This document shows positions 26,784 to 36,411 of a stretch of 64,000 nt of DNA, in pieces. The stretch is from Chlamydiota bacterium (GTDB lineage: Bacteria; Chlamydiota; Chlamydiia; Chlamydiales; Criblamydiaceae). The position numbers and the translations under genes were made by a program. The stretch lies in assembly GCA_036164375.1 (NCBI GenBank), contig JAYZJO010000065.1:3810-67809 (forward strand), in the 5' to 3' direction. How positions within the stretch are numbered: the first letter of the stretch is position 1; the number at the start of each line of letters is the position of its first letter. Under the pieces are notes generated by a model. The model saw nothing but the letters and a program-made list of their open reading frames with translations, ran no database searches and had not been told where the DNA came from.

Positions 26784-28706
26784 ATGTTCATTAAACTAAA
26801 AGATGGATCATCCATAGAGCTACCCGATGGTAGTACAGCTCAAGACCTCGCTAATCAATTAAATCTCAAGGGTCCAGAACAAGCCCTCGCTGCATGCATC
26901 AACGGCACAACGCGCGACCTCGCAACCCCCCTCAGTGACGGCGACGAAGTCATCATTTGGAATTTTGACGACAAAGAAGGTCAAGAAATTTTTTGGCACA
27001 CTTCCGCTCACGTTCTCGCTCAAGCAATTCTTCGCATATGGCCCGATGCTAAACCAACAATTGGTCCACCTATTGAAAGTGGATTTTACTACGACTTTGC
27101 TAACTTACAAGTCTCTGAAGACGACTTTCCTCGCATAGAAAAAGAAATGCAAAAAATCGTCAAAGAAAACCACAAATCGAAACGCGAAACCTTTTGCTCA
27201 AAAGAAGAAGCTATCGAAGCTTTCAAAGATAATGAGTACAAAATAGAGCTTATCAACAGTTTCGAAGACGATTCTGAACTCAGTGGCTATCGCCAAGGAG
27301 AATTTTTCGATCTCTGCCGTGGGCCACACCTTCCCAATCTCGGAAAAATAAAAGCCCTTAAGGTTCTCAAAACATCGGGAGCCTACTGGCGTGGAGACTC
27401 TGAAAATGAAATGCTCACTAGAATCTACGCAATCACCTACCCAGACAAAAAACTATTAAAAGACTATCTATTCTTCTTGGAAGAATCAAAAAAGCGCGAC
27501 CACAAAATACTAGGTCCAAAACTCGATCTTTTTTCTCTCAAAGAAGAAGCGCCAGGTATGCCCTTCATTCATCCGCACGGAATGATGATTTGGACAGAAC
27601 TGACAAGATATATCACCTCTCTCCTTGTCAAACACAACTACCACGAAATCAAAACGCCAGCCATGATGGCGCGCGAGCTGTGGGAAAAGTCGGGACACTG
27701 GCAAAACTATCGCGAAAACATGTTCACTTCCGAAATTGAAAAACGCGATTACGCCATTAAACCGATGAACTGCCCAGGAGGCATGCTATTCTTTAAATCG
27801 AGTGTTCACAGCTATCGAGAGCTCCCTCTTCGCGTAGGAGAAATTGGTAATGTACACAGAAACGAACCCTCAGGAGCCCTTTCCGGTCTGTTCCGCTGCA
27901 GAAGCTTTCACCAAGACGATGCCCACATTTTTATGCAGCCCAAAGATATCAAAAGTGAAATTATCGGCATCCTCGAACTTGCCGACGAAATATACACAAC
28001 CTTTGGGTTAACCTACCGCCTAGAACTGTCAACCCGCCCGGAAAAAGATACGATCGGTACCGATGAAGACTGGGAAGTCGCAACAAAAGGACTTCAAAGC
28101 GCACTTGACGAGTACGGCAAGGAATACCGTATCAACGAAGGCGATGGCGCTTTCTATGGCCCGAAAATTGACTTCCACATCCAAGATGCCCTCAAAAGAA
28201 CATGGCAATGCGGAACAGTACAGCTCGACATGGCTTTACCTGAACGTTTCGAACTAGAATACACTGCCGACGATGGGACTCGCAAACGTCCGGTCATGCT
28301 ACACCGCGCTATTTTTGGATCCATAGAAAGATTTTTCGGTATCGTCATCGAACATTACGGCGGAAAATTCCCGCTATGGATCAGCCCACGACAAATCCGC
28401 ATACTCACCGTTGCCGACAGACACCTTCCTTACGGTCAAGAGATCGCAAAGCAACTAAAAGATGAAGGATTCCATGTTACTGTTGATGACAGTAGCGAGT
28501 CAGTTGGTAAAAAAGTGCGTACAGCGCAATTAGATCAAGTCAACTACATGATCACCCTTGGTGATAAAGAAGTTGAGAACAAAACGATCAACCTAAGGAC
28601 ACGCGACAACGTGGTTCATGGAGAATTAAATTTTGTCGATTTCCTACAGAATATCAACGACGAACGGAAACAACGACTAGAAAGGTCACCTTATTCTTCC
28701 AAATAA
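26784..28706 (+). CDS. thrS: Threonine--tRNA ligase
   Basis: 640 aa. It has a TGS domain N-terminus, the editing-domain HTSAHVLA motif, a class II core (MNCPGGMLFF, FRCRSFHQDDAHIF, GAFYGPKIDF) and an anticodon-binding C-terminus. Confidence 0.95.
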   Translation: MFIKLKDGSSIELPDGSTAQDLANQLNLKGPEQALAACINGTTRDLATPLSDGDEVIIWNFDDKEGQEIFWHTSAHVLAQAILRIWPDAKPTIGPPIESGFYYDFANLQVSEDDFPRIEKEMQKIVKENHKSKRETFCSKEEAIEAFKDNEYKIELINSFEDDSELSGYRQGEFFDLCRGPHLPNLGKIKALKVLKTSGAYWRGDSENEMLTRIYAITYPDKKLLKDYLFFLEESKKRDHKILGPKLDLFSLKEEAPGMPFIHPHGMMIWTELTRYITSLLVKHNYHEIKTPAMMARELWEKSGHWQNYRENMFTSEIEKRDYAIKPMNCPGGMLFFKSSVHSYRELPLRVGEIGNVHRNEPSGALSGLFRCRSFHQDDAHIFMQPKDIKSEIIGILELADEIYTTFGLTYRLELSTRPEKDTIGTDEDWEVATKGLQSALDEYGKEYRINEGDGAFYGPKIDFHIQDALKRTWQCGTVQLDMALPERFELEYTADDGTRKRPVMLHRAIFGSIERFFGIVIEHYGGKFPLWISPRQIRILTVADRHLPYGQEIAKQLKDEGFHVTVDDSSESVGKKVRTAQLDQVNYMITLGDKEVENKTINLRTRDNVVHGELNFVDFLQNINDERKQRLERSPYSSK

Positions 28707-28708
28707 TA

Positions 28709-28774
28709 GTGTGAATAGAGTAAATTTGTAATGCATTTGGGTATCCAAATGCATTTTACTCACACTGTTTTTTG
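28709..28774 (+). terminator. Rho-independent terminator after thrS
   Basis: The structure is nested. The inner stem is aatgcatttgg-gtat-ccaaatgcatt. The outer stem is agtgtga/tcacact. It is followed by gtttttt. Confidence 0.65.
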
Positions 28775-28782
28775 AGGAATAA

Positions 28783-29559
28783 ATGGGAAAAACACAAATC
28801 ATTTCTATCAGCAGCTTTAAGGGCGGGACAGCAAAAACTTCGTCAGTGATCCACTTAGGTGCCGCTCTAGCTCGATTTCATAAGAAAAAAGTACTGCTCA
28901 TCGACTTCGATGCACAAGCAAATTTAACAACCGGACTCGGATTCGACCCGGATGAAAACGACAGTATGGCGCCGGTTTTACAAAACAAAAAAAAACTCGA
29001 CGACGTCATCATCAAGACCGAATACAAAAATTTAGACCTCGTCCCAGCAGACACGTGGCTCGAACGCGTAGAGGTTTCCGAAAACCTTGCAAGCGACCGT
29101 TACTCCCACGAGCGCCTGCGTGATATCATCAAAGACACCGCCTACGACTTTATTATCATCGACACTCCTCCATCCCTCTGCTGGCTGACAGAGTCTGCGC
29201 TTATTGCCGCTCACCACACTCTTGTTTGTGCTACACCCGAATTTTATAGCGTCAAAGGACTAGAGCGCCTATCGCAGTTTATCGACAGTATCGATCAGCG
29301 TCACCCCTTAAACATACTCGGAGTGCTCCTCTCTTTTTGGAATGCTCGCGGGAAAAACAACTCGGCTTTTTTAGAGGTTATCGAATCAAGCTTTCCAAAA
29401 AAAGCTTTCGACACAAATGTTCGCAGAGACAGCAAAGTTGCTGAAGCCTCCATTTACGGAAAACCCGTCTTCGACACCTCGCCGAAAACACGCGCTGCCG
29501 AAGACTACAAAAGTGTGACAAAACAAATCATAAAAAGACTAAAACTATTGCAGGTGTAA
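28783..29559 (+). CDS. ParA/Soj-family ATPase
   Basis: 258 aa with a deviant Walker A (SSFKGGTAKTSS), LIDFDAQANLT and IIIDTPPSL. Confidence 0.85.
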   Translation: MGKTQIISISSFKGGTAKTSSVIHLGAALARFHKKKVLLIDFDAQANLTTGLGFDPDENDSMAPVLQNKKKLDDVIIKTEYKNLDLVPADTWLERVEVSENLASDRYSHERLRDIIKDTAYDFIIIDTPPSLCWLTESALIAAHHTLVCATPEFYSVKGLERLSQFIDSIDQRHPLNILGVLLSFWNARGKNNSAFLEVIESSFPKKAFDTNVRRDSKVAEASIYGKPVFDTSPKTRAAEDYKSVTKQIIKRLKLLQV

Positions 29560-29584
29560 AGCTGGTTTACATCAGGGGAGATCT

Positions 29585-30322
29585 ATGGGAAAAATACAAA
29601 ACCTATTGACTGAACGCTTAAAGAAAAAAGATAAGTCTAACAAAATGGAAAAAATGTCAAAGCAGTCCGCAAGTGGTAATTTGACAAGTTTTTCAGGAGT
29701 TTTCAATATTGCAGAGCTCAGTTCTCACGAAAAAGACGCTCTACAGAACATTCTTTTAGAGTACAGCAGGGAAACTGAAAGCATCTCCACAGACTTAAAC
29801 ACCTTAATATCAATAACATCTGAAGTTAAAGCAATCACCAACCAAGCAATTCTCCTTCACGGTGAACGCATCAAAAAAGCGCAAACAATCCTCAAAAACT
29901 ATCAAGAAGGGGCCTTTACCGCGTGGTTAATAACCACTTATGGTAACAGGCAAACTCCCTACAACTTCCTTCAGTACTTTGAATTTTTTAACGCCATCCC
30001 CCAAACGCTGCGTCCCCAACTAGAAAAAATGCCGCGGCAAGCGATCTACACTCTTGCAAGCAGGGAAGGCGAGCTCACAAAAAAACAGCAACTGATCGAA
30101 AATTACAGCGGCGAAACAAAGTCCGAATTACTCACAATCATTCGCGACCTATTTCCACTATCGGAAGACGACAAACGAAGACAAAATTTTGGTGAAACGA
30201 CAATTACGACACTAAAACGATTGTCAACAACACTCACAAAACGCACTGGCAAGCTAAACAAGAAGCAAAAAGGTGAAATTGCCGAACTTCTAGACAACAT
30301 CTATGAAATGCTAAAAACATAA
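29585..30322 (+). CDS. Putative ParA partner; pGP6-D-like (chlamydial plasmid partition-associated family), tentative
   Basis: 245 aa, directly downstream of parA. From memory, the thrS-parA(minD)-pGP6-D-related order is conserved in Chlamydiaceae chromosomes. No search was run. Confidence 0.45.
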   Translation: MGKIQNLLTERLKKKDKSNKMEKMSKQSASGNLTSFSGVFNIAELSSHEKDALQNILLEYSRETESISTDLNTLISITSEVKAITNQAILLHGERIKKAQTILKNYQEGAFTAWLITTYGNRQTPYNFLQYFEFFNAIPQTLRPQLEKMPRQAIYTLASREGELTKKQQLIENYSGETKSELLTIIRDLFPLSEDDKRRQNFGETTITTLKRLSTTLTKRTGKLNKKQKGEIAELLDNIYEMLKT

Positions 30323-30333
30323 AAAGGGGTTTT

Positions 30334-31776
30334 ATGAACAACCATGAACAATACCAAAGCCCACTCACTGCTCGCTACTCCAGTAAAGCAATGTCAAAAC
30401 TTTTCTCCGCGCAGCACAAGTCAACCCTCTGGCGAAAACTTTGGATCGCTCTCGCCGAAGCTGAAAAGCAGCTAGGACTCCCCATCACCGACCAGCAAAT
30501 TGCTGAGCTAAAAAAACATAGCGACTCTATCGACTTTGAAAAAATTGCTGATTATGAAAAAGATCTCCGCCACGATGTCATGGCACATATTCACGCCTAC
30601 GGCGACCTCTGCCCATCAGCGCGCCCTATTATTCACTTGGGAGCAACCTCATGCTACGTTACAGACAACGGCGACCTCCTGCAAATCCGCGACGGCTTAT
30701 ATCTGATAGACAAAAAACTTAGCCTAGTTATCGAACAACTTTCCACATTTGCTAGCAAGTATGCCGCACAAGCAACGCTCGGTTTCACACACTTCCAACC
30801 CGCTCAGCTGACGACAGTTGGAAAGCGCGCGTGCTTGTGGATTCAAGACCTCATTATCGATCTCCAAGAAATAAGGCTACGCGCAGAAAAACTCCGTTTC
30901 CTCGGAGTTAAAGGAACAACAGGTACCCAAGCGTCATTTCTCGCCCTGTTTGAAGGAAATCACGAAAAAGTCAAACACCTAGACGCGCTCGTTTCCGAAA
31001 AAATGGACTTCTCCGACAAGCTCTCCATTTCAGGGCAAACATACACGCGAAAGCAAGACACGATGGTTATCAACGCTCTTGCAGGCATCGGCGAATCCGC
31101 ACATAAATTTGCAACCGACTTGCGCCTTCTTGCAAACTTAAAAGAAGTGGAAGAGCCGTTTGAAAAAAATCAGGTGGGCTCTTCCGCAATGCCCTATAAA
31201 CGCAATCCCATGCTCTCTGAACGCATTTGCTCCCTAGCGAGATACCTAATGGCATTATCAGAAAACGCGGGATACACGCACGCTACGCAGTGGTTTGAGA
31301 GGACACTGGACGACTCTGCAAATCGACGCTTATGCATTGCCGAAGCATTTTTAACCTGCGATGCCGTCATCAATTTGCTCCTCAGAGTGACCAACGGCCT
31401 TGTTGTTTATCCAAAAGTGATCGAAAAACGCGTCGAACAAGAGCTTCCCTTTATGGCAACAGAAAACATTCTAATGGCTTGTGTCAAAAAAGGGGGCGAC
31501 AGACAAGACCTTCACGAACTAATTAGAGCACACAGCATCGCGGCATCCAAAAGAGTTAAAGAAGAGGGACTCGATAACGACCTCATCAAACGGATCGCTA
31601 AAGACACTCACTTTGACCTCACACCCGAAGAGTTACACAACCTATTAAAAGTGGAAGAGTTTGTTGGGCGCGCTCCCGAGCAGGTTTTAGAGTTTATCGA
31701 CAACGAAGTGAACGTTATTATCGACGCTAACAAAAACGACGCATTAACAGAACTGTTAGATGCTCCCGTTGTATAA
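30334..31776 (+). CDS. purB: Adenylosuccinate lyase
   Basis: 480 aa with the fumarate-lyase signature [23 protein letters not shown] at the N-terminus, and [12 protein letters not shown]. Confidence 0.9.
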   Translation: MNNHEQYQSPLTARYSSKAMSKLFSAQHKSTLWRKLWIALAEAEKQLGLPITDQQIAELKKHSDSIDFEKIADYEKDLRHDVMAHIHAYGDLCPSARPIIHLGATSCYVTDNGDLLQIRDGLYLIDKKLSLVIEQLSTFASKYAAQATLGFTHFQPAQLTTVGKRACLWIQDLIIDLQEIRLRAEKLRFLGVKGTTGTQASFLALFEGNHEKVKHLDALVSEKMDFSDKLSISGQTYTRKQDTMVINALAGIGESAHKFATDLRLLANLKEVEEPFEKNQVGSSAMPYKRNPMLSERICSLARYLMALSENAGYTHATQWFERTLDDSANRRLCIAEAFLTCDAVINLLLRVTNGLVVYPKVIEKRVEQELPFMATENILMACVKKGGDRQDLHELIRAHSIAASKRVKEEGLDNDLIKRIAKDTHFDLTPEELHNLLKVEEFVGRAPEQVLEFIDNEVNVIIDANKNDALTELLDAPVV

Positions 31777-31868
31777 TCCTATAAAATTTACGGCAGCGCC
31801 CTTCGTTTTAACAAACAAAGTAGTTGCCAATTTACCCATCCTAAGCAATACTTGGATAAAGACTAAAC

Positions 31869-32075
31869 ATGGAGACTCACATGCTAGGAACAGCAGAAAT
31901 CCTCGTCATCCTCTGCATCGTCCTTCTCCTTTTTGGAGGGAAAAAGCTTCCTGAACTTGCACGGAGCCTAGGTAAAGGTATTCGCGAGTTCAAACATGCC
32001 TGTCAAGGTGTCTCCGACGAACCAGAACCCCCAGAAAGCAAGCGCCCCCCTTCCGAACATGAAGAGCCATCCTAG
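31869..32075 (+). CDS. tatA: Twin-arginine translocase subunit TatA/E
   Basis: The sequence [38 protein letters not shown] is followed by an acidic/Pro tail. The true start may be the ATG at 31881. Confidence 0.8.
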   Translation: METHMLGTAEILVILCIVLLLFGGKKLPELARSLGKGIREFKHACQGVSDEPEPPESKRPPSEHEEPS

Positions 32076-32943
32076 CCACGCTTCATTTTGGGATCATGTC
32101 GACGCCTTAAGAGACACTTTTATCAAAATCCTCATCACCATCTCTGTTGGCTCTTTCGTCGCTTTTATTTGTTCCCCCATCATTTACAGTAGCCTCATAG
32201 ATCCTTCCCTTGAAAAAAGTCTCACCCCCCTTTCAGAAATAAAACTCGAGCGCGTGCGCATCACCAACAACAGCAAAAGCACCCAAACAGTAAATATCTC
32301 CTCGAATCAAATAAAAAAACTCCCTCCAGGCGCATCCGTAGATGTATGGAAAGAACAGAAAAAAAACCTGCAAATTCTTTCGCCGACAGAAGGAATGATA
32401 ACAACTTTTAAACTGGCTCTTTGGATCGGCATCGTTGCCACCTCTCCAATTTGGCTATACCAACTTCTCTCTTTTATTTTGCCCGCCCTACACTCCGATG
32501 AAAAACGGGTCGTCTTCCCTATATTTACCTCATCTATTCTCTTATTTAGCTTGGGACTCCTCTTTTGCCACTCTGTTACTCTTCCCATCGCCAATGAGTA
32601 CCTTGCAAACTTCAACGAACAGATTGGATTAAACACGTGGTCATTAGATAACTATGTAAACTACTCTATTATTTTAATGTTGGGAAACGGACTAGCTTTC
32701 GAAGGAATCGCCATCTTATTTTGCCTAGTCCACTGGCGCATCATCGGCTCACAAGGGATGAAAGAAAAGCGAAAACACTTCGCCGTTGGCGCCTTTATCT
32801 TAGCAGCTATCGTTACCCCACCCGACATTTTCACCCAAGCCATGCTGGCTATTCCACTTATCTTACTTTACGAACTGTCTATTTACTATGCCATGATCCG
32901 CGAAGGATTTAAAACAAAATTGCACAATAAATTAATTAAGTGA
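32059..32943 (+). CDS. tatC: Twin-arginine translocase subunit TatC (start chosen at MKSHPSH; the track start 31996 overlaps tatA by 80 nt)
   Basis: It has the [16 protein letters not shown] (HL-ELR-like) N-terminus, six hydrophobic helices, and [17 protein letters not shown] after the first loop. Confidence 0.75.
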   Translation: MKSHPSHASFWDHVDALRDTFIKILITISVGSFVAFICSPIIYSSLIDPSLEKSLTPLSEIKLERVRITNNSKSTQTVNISSNQIKKLPPGASVDVWKEQKKNLQILSPTEGMITTFKLALWIGIVATSPIWLYQLLSFILPALHSDEKRVVFPIFTSSILLFSLGLLFCHSVTLPIANEYLANFNEQIGLNTWSLDNYVNYSIILMLGNGLAFEGIAILFCLVHWRIIGSQGMKEKRKHFAVGAFILAAIVTPPDIFTQAMLAIPLILLYELSIYYAMIREGFKTKLHNKLIK

Positions 32944-33044
32944 ACTTTTATTCTATTTATAATATAATAATAAATAGAGGATAAACCTCATAATAATTAA
33001 TGCTTTTATTAATTTTTCATTAACTATCACATTATAGGTATGTT

Positions 33045-33449
33045 ATGTTAGTTGAAAGGGAGTTACAAAAAATTTTTCAAGAACTTATGGCCAACGATTC
33101 AGTCCAGATTTTTCTAGACGGTTACGACGTCTCGGTGCAAGTTTTTGACGACTCCTCCAAACTAGCAATAACGACGCCCGTCTATTTTGGGGGAAACTAC
33201 ATCCCAAAAAGTGTTCGTGCGGGGATCAAAAAATCTCCCCCCTTCGATAGAAGCCAAACAATTAAAACGACACTGAATATCAACGAAGAAACCTATCGCA
33301 TTTTTTTAAATTACCTTGGATCCACCGAAACGTTCAACAACAACAAGTTCAGCCAACTTCTCGACGATTTTTGTCATTTAGCAGAAGAGTGGCGCATTTA
33401 CCTCGACGAACAAGACAAAAACGACAGAGTCTACGTCAATGCAATCTAA
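33045..33449 (+). CDS. Small acidic hypothetical protein (size and charge resemble a type III secretion chaperone; speculative)
   Basis: 134-aa ORF. There is no motif support beyond size and composition. Confidence 0.3.
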   Translation: MLVERELQKIFQELMANDSVQIFLDGYDVSVQVFDDSSKLAITTPVYFGGNYIPKSVRAGIKKSPPFDRSQTIKTTLNINEETYRIFLNYLGSTETFNNNKFSQLLDDFCHLAEEWRIYLDEQDKNDRVYVNAI

Positions 33450-33478
33450 GGTATTGCCGGACTAAATGCATATAGAGA

Positions 33479-34195
33479 CTATAAACTCCAGTCGATAGGT
33501 TCTTTATCCATCTGCTCGAGCAACGCGTTAATCTTGGAAAAATGTTGACAACCGAAAAATCCACGGTAGCAAGAGAGCGGCGAGGGGTGCGGGGCTGTTA
33601 GAATAGGATGTTTTTTGTTGCCGCCTTCGGCGTTCAAAATTTGACCGCATTTTTTTTGGGCATTGCTCCCCCACAACACAAAAATGACAGGATCTTCTCG
33701 CAAAGAAAGAGCCCGAACAATCGCATCCGTAAAGAGCTCCCACCCTTTGCCATGGTGCGCCATAGGACTCTTCTCTACGACCGTTAAAGTTGCATTTAAA
33801 AGAAGAACTCCCTGTTCCGCCCAAGGAATCAAACACCCATGGTTGGGGATCTCAAAACCGAAATCGTCGCTCATCTCTTTATAAATATTTCGCAGCGACG
33901 GAGGGATAGCTACCCCCTTATTTACACTGAAGCTAAGACCGTGAGCTTGACCAGGGCCATGGTAAGGGTCTTGCCCCATGATGACAACTTTCACACTGGG
34001 AAAGGGAGTTTTCCACAATGCTGTGAACATTTGTTCGCTAGGTGGATAAACAGGGACTCCAAGCGAGCGCTCTTGCTCAACAAAGCGAGCGAGCTCGCAA
34101 ATATATGGCTTTTCGAGCTCTCCTTTCAAAACCTGAGCCCAGCTCTCTTCAAAATTAAAGGGATATTTAACTTTTTTTTCTTGATTTATCATCAT
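33479..34195 (-). CDS. ung: Uracil-DNA glycosylase (family 1)
   Basis: 238 aa with GQDPYHGPGQAHGLSFSV, VLLLNATLTV and HPSPLS motifs. Confidence 0.9.
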   Translation of the reverse strand: MMINQEKKVKYPFNFEESWAQVLKGELEKPYICELARFVEQERSLGVPVYPPSEQMFTALWKTPFPSVKVVIMGQDPYHGPGQAHGLSFSVNKGVAIPPSLRNIYKEMSDDFGFEIPNHGCLIPWAEQGVLLLNATLTVVEKSPMAHHGKGWELFTDAIVRALSLREDPVIFVLWGSNAQKKCGQILNAEGGNKKHPILTAPHPSPLSCYRGFFGCQHFSKINALLEQMDKEPIDWSL

Positions 34196-34329
34196 TAATC
34201 TCTAAAAAATTTTATAAATTACTACACAGCTTACCGAAAAACATAAAAAATTCACAAACAGAAAATTGACGAGAAACGCTAAGATTGTGTATATTATCAT
34301 TCTCGAAACTACTTTAACGGAAGTGCATC

Positions 34330-34584
34330 ATGAAAAATATTTCTGAAAATAACCTGATCCGATTCAAAAATATTCAAAAAAAGAAAAACGGTGTCTTTGC
34401 CAACTTCCTTGTCACTGGTGTTCGTGGGGGAACGACAATTCGCGCGTCCATCGCCATTGACATCGCCGCTGCTGAAGTCGATCTCGCCGATCCAATGGAA
34501 AAAATCATCGAGGAATGTGCTCGCATTGCAGCAAAAGAAGTCAAAAGCACAAATTATGAATTCGAAGGGCTACAAGCTCTCTAA
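34330..34584 (+). CDS. Small hypothetical protein
   Basis: 84-aa ORF ending 12 nt before tRNA-Pro. No domain is recognised. Confidence 0.3.
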   Translation: MKNISENNLIRFKNIQKKKNGVFANFLVTGVRGGTTIRASIAIDIAAAEVDLADPMEKIIEECARIAAKEVKSTNYEFEGLQAL

Positions 34585-34596
34585 AAAATCTCATAT

Positions 34597-34671
34597 CTGG
34601 GTGTAGCGCAGCTTGGCCAGCGCACTTGCATGGGGTGCAAGGGGTCGGAGGTTCGAATCCTCTCACCCAGA
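34597..34671 (+). tRNA. tRNA-Pro (anticodon GGG)
   Basis: A manual cloverleaf fits. Acceptor is CTGGGTG/CACCCAG. D arm is GCGC-AGCTTGGCCA-GCGC. Anticodon arm is CTTGC-AT GGG GT-GCAAG. Variable loop is GGGTC. T arm is GGAGG-TTCGAAT-CCTCT. The discriminator is A and no CCA is encoded. Confidence 0.85.
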
Positions 34672-34761
34672 TATTTTTAACCAAACCACTTATTCTCATT
34701 TTTTTTTATTCTCTAAAGTATCTAGAACATAAACGTAATAAAAACACCAAAACGATTTTTT

Positions 34762-36159
34762 ATGACAAGCCCGAATGTAACAAATCGACCTCCAATAAAC
34801 ACATATACAAGCCAACACTTATCTTTAATTAAAAAAAACGATCCTGTTATTTTTTCTGAATTAAGGGGGATCGAATGGGTAAAAATATGTACTCAACAGT
34901 ACCCTGAAATTCTCTGGTTGGCTGATACCGAAGTACGCGAAACACAAGAGGGGCAAGCAACTGAAAACAGTCCTTACTCAGAACAACTTTTTCACAATAA
35001 ATTCATTGAATTCGACAGAACGATTATGACACTTCGCTGTTTGCAGTTGATCCTTGATGGAGGCGAAAATGCTTATCAAGAATTTACAGCCGCTCAACAA
35101 AGTGGGGTAAAACTATCAAGAACGAGCTTTGAAAGTCTACACGCACAAGGCACTTGTTTAATAAAGTCTAATTATATGGGCATGTCTGAACTAGAAATGA
35201 TTCAAGCCATGGAAGCTTCTCTTATACTTGGAGATATGGGCAAGAGCACCAAAGCAAGGGAAACCTTTAATTTTTATGGCGCTACAGCCCCTGATCACGA
35301 CGATTTTCATGAAGAAGCTATGAAAATTTTGGAAATCTACCCCAACCTTTGCCCCACATTTGATAAACTGACTCCATTAACTAAAAAGCTACTTACTCAA
35401 ACGGCAAACCTTGCTCACTATGGTCATGTGACACACCTTGAAGGTGGGCCCAACATGTTTTTTAAGCTGAAACAAAGTTCCTTTCTTTCTTCTTCTCCTA
35501 TAGCGTTCAGATTTGATTTTTTTGTACATACCTGTGATGTTGCTGGAGCTCTAGGGCATGTAAACAATCAATCTTCTTTAGTCTATACAGAGTCTTCTCA
35601 TCAAGCCATGCAAGCCGTTATGGCTGCGTGCAAGACTCTTGCTGATTCAGAAAAAACAGAAATCGACGCCTATAACACCTACTTAAAAATTAGAGCTGAC
35701 TTCCTTGGTCTCAATGATCAGATTAGAATTGATCGAGCCTTAACGCGCTTGGGAGCAATGCTTCGATTATTTACCCCTGAAGACGGCATGCTTTTAAAGA
35801 AGGCTGTTCTCGAACTGGACTCAAAAATACAAACCAATATATTCACGCAGTTAGACATAAAAGAAGATAACAAACTCGAACGTACACCAACATACATGCC
35901 TGCTGTTCTAGTGAACCTTTCTAACAACCTTGAACTAGGAGCTACCCGAGAGGATAGAATTTCTAAAGCTGTTATTTTAGGGCTTCCATTTCTTGCAAAA
36001 GTTTTAGAAAAACATAGGCAAACTATTTTCAAAAGCAAGATAACCCCAGACATCCCCTTGAACTTTAATCTTGCTGCAGGAGTCGCAAAAAATACACCTT
36101 ACGCCCTTCTTAATGAGTTTACTATTGATCAAGAGGGAAATGTGTGTATTAAAATATGA
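34762..36159 (+). CDS. Orphan hypothetical protein (465 aa) between tRNA-Pro and its partial copy
   Basis: It is a long clean ORF with no TM segments. His-rich local motifs occur (APDHDDFHEE, HYGHVTHLEGG, HTCDVAGALGHV). No family is recognised. Confidence 0.45.
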   Translation: MTSPNVTNRPPINTYTSQHLSLIKKNDPVIFSELRGIEWVKICTQQYPEILWLADTEVRETQEGQATENSPYSEQLFHNKFIEFDRTIMTLRCLQLILDGGENAYQEFTAAQQSGVKLSRTSFESLHAQGTCLIKSNYMGMSELEMIQAMEASLILGDMGKSTKARETFNFYGATAPDHDDFHEEAMKILEIYPNLCPTFDKLTPLTKKLLTQTANLAHYGHVTHLEGGPNMFFKLKQSSFLSSSPIAFRFDFFVHTCDVAGALGHVNNQSSLVYTESSHQAMQAVMAACKTLADSEKTEIDAYNTYLKIRADFLGLNDQIRIDRALTRLGAMLRLFTPEDGMLLKKAVLELDSKIQTNIFTQLDIKEDNKLERTPTYMPAVLVNLSNNLELGATREDRISKAVILGLPFLAKVLEKHRQTIFKSKITPDIPLNFNLAAGVAKNTPYALLNEFTIDQEGNVCIKI

Positions 36160-36290
36160 ATAACGACTCAGCCTAGCTGCTGAATAAGGCCATACAAACT
36201 TTCTCACATCAAAGTAAAACAACTAGGGCTAAGAATCAATAATATAAAACTCTATTTTAAGAAAAAACAAGGACATTTTTACCCCAAAAA

Positions 36291-36352
36291 AGCTAGCGTG
36301 GAGTGCAAGGGATCAAAAGCCCAAGCCCTCTCACCCAGATGTCTTTTTGACC
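36291..36352 (+). repeat. Degenerate direct copy of the 3' half of tRNA-Pro (anticodon arm to 3' end plus flank)
   Basis: The segment agctagcgtggaGTGCAAGGGaTCaaaagcccaagccCTCTCACCCAGATgtcTTTTTgACC is compared with tRNA 34625-34682, cttgcatgggGTGCAAGGGgTCggaggttcgaatcCTCTCACCCAGATatTTTTaACC. The blocks of 9 and 12 nt are identical. Confidence 0.6.
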
Positions 36353-36411
36353 TACAATACTACGATAAAAATTGCAGAAGGCCTGCGATCGCAGGCCTTA
36401 CTGAAAGCTGC

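Noticed and set aside
31996-32058. The long-form start of tatC given by the ORF track overlaps tatA by 80 nt.
   Set aside because: The extra N-terminal 21 aa ([21 protein letters not shown]) are read from the tatA tail in another frame. The ATG at 32059 gives a normal TatC N-terminus ([10 protein letters not shown]). I prefer the internal start, but this is not proven.
33528-34198. Several 70-120-aa ORFs (33528..33836 -, 33663..33884 +, 33839..34198 +) overlap ung.
   Set aside because: They are shadow frames inside a gene with unambiguous Ung motifs. The same reasoning removes other antisense or alternate-frame track ORFs inside well-supported genes, for example 1837..2019, 4251..4475, 6086..6347, 11685..11942, 24113..25346, 27510..28348, 31070..31526, 32307..32912, 36864..37852, 39676..40133, 44159..44470, 45555..45816, 47514..49721, 50361..51081, 51865..52114, 52701..53635, 55062..55548, 57210..57737, 58812..59187 and 60025..60552.
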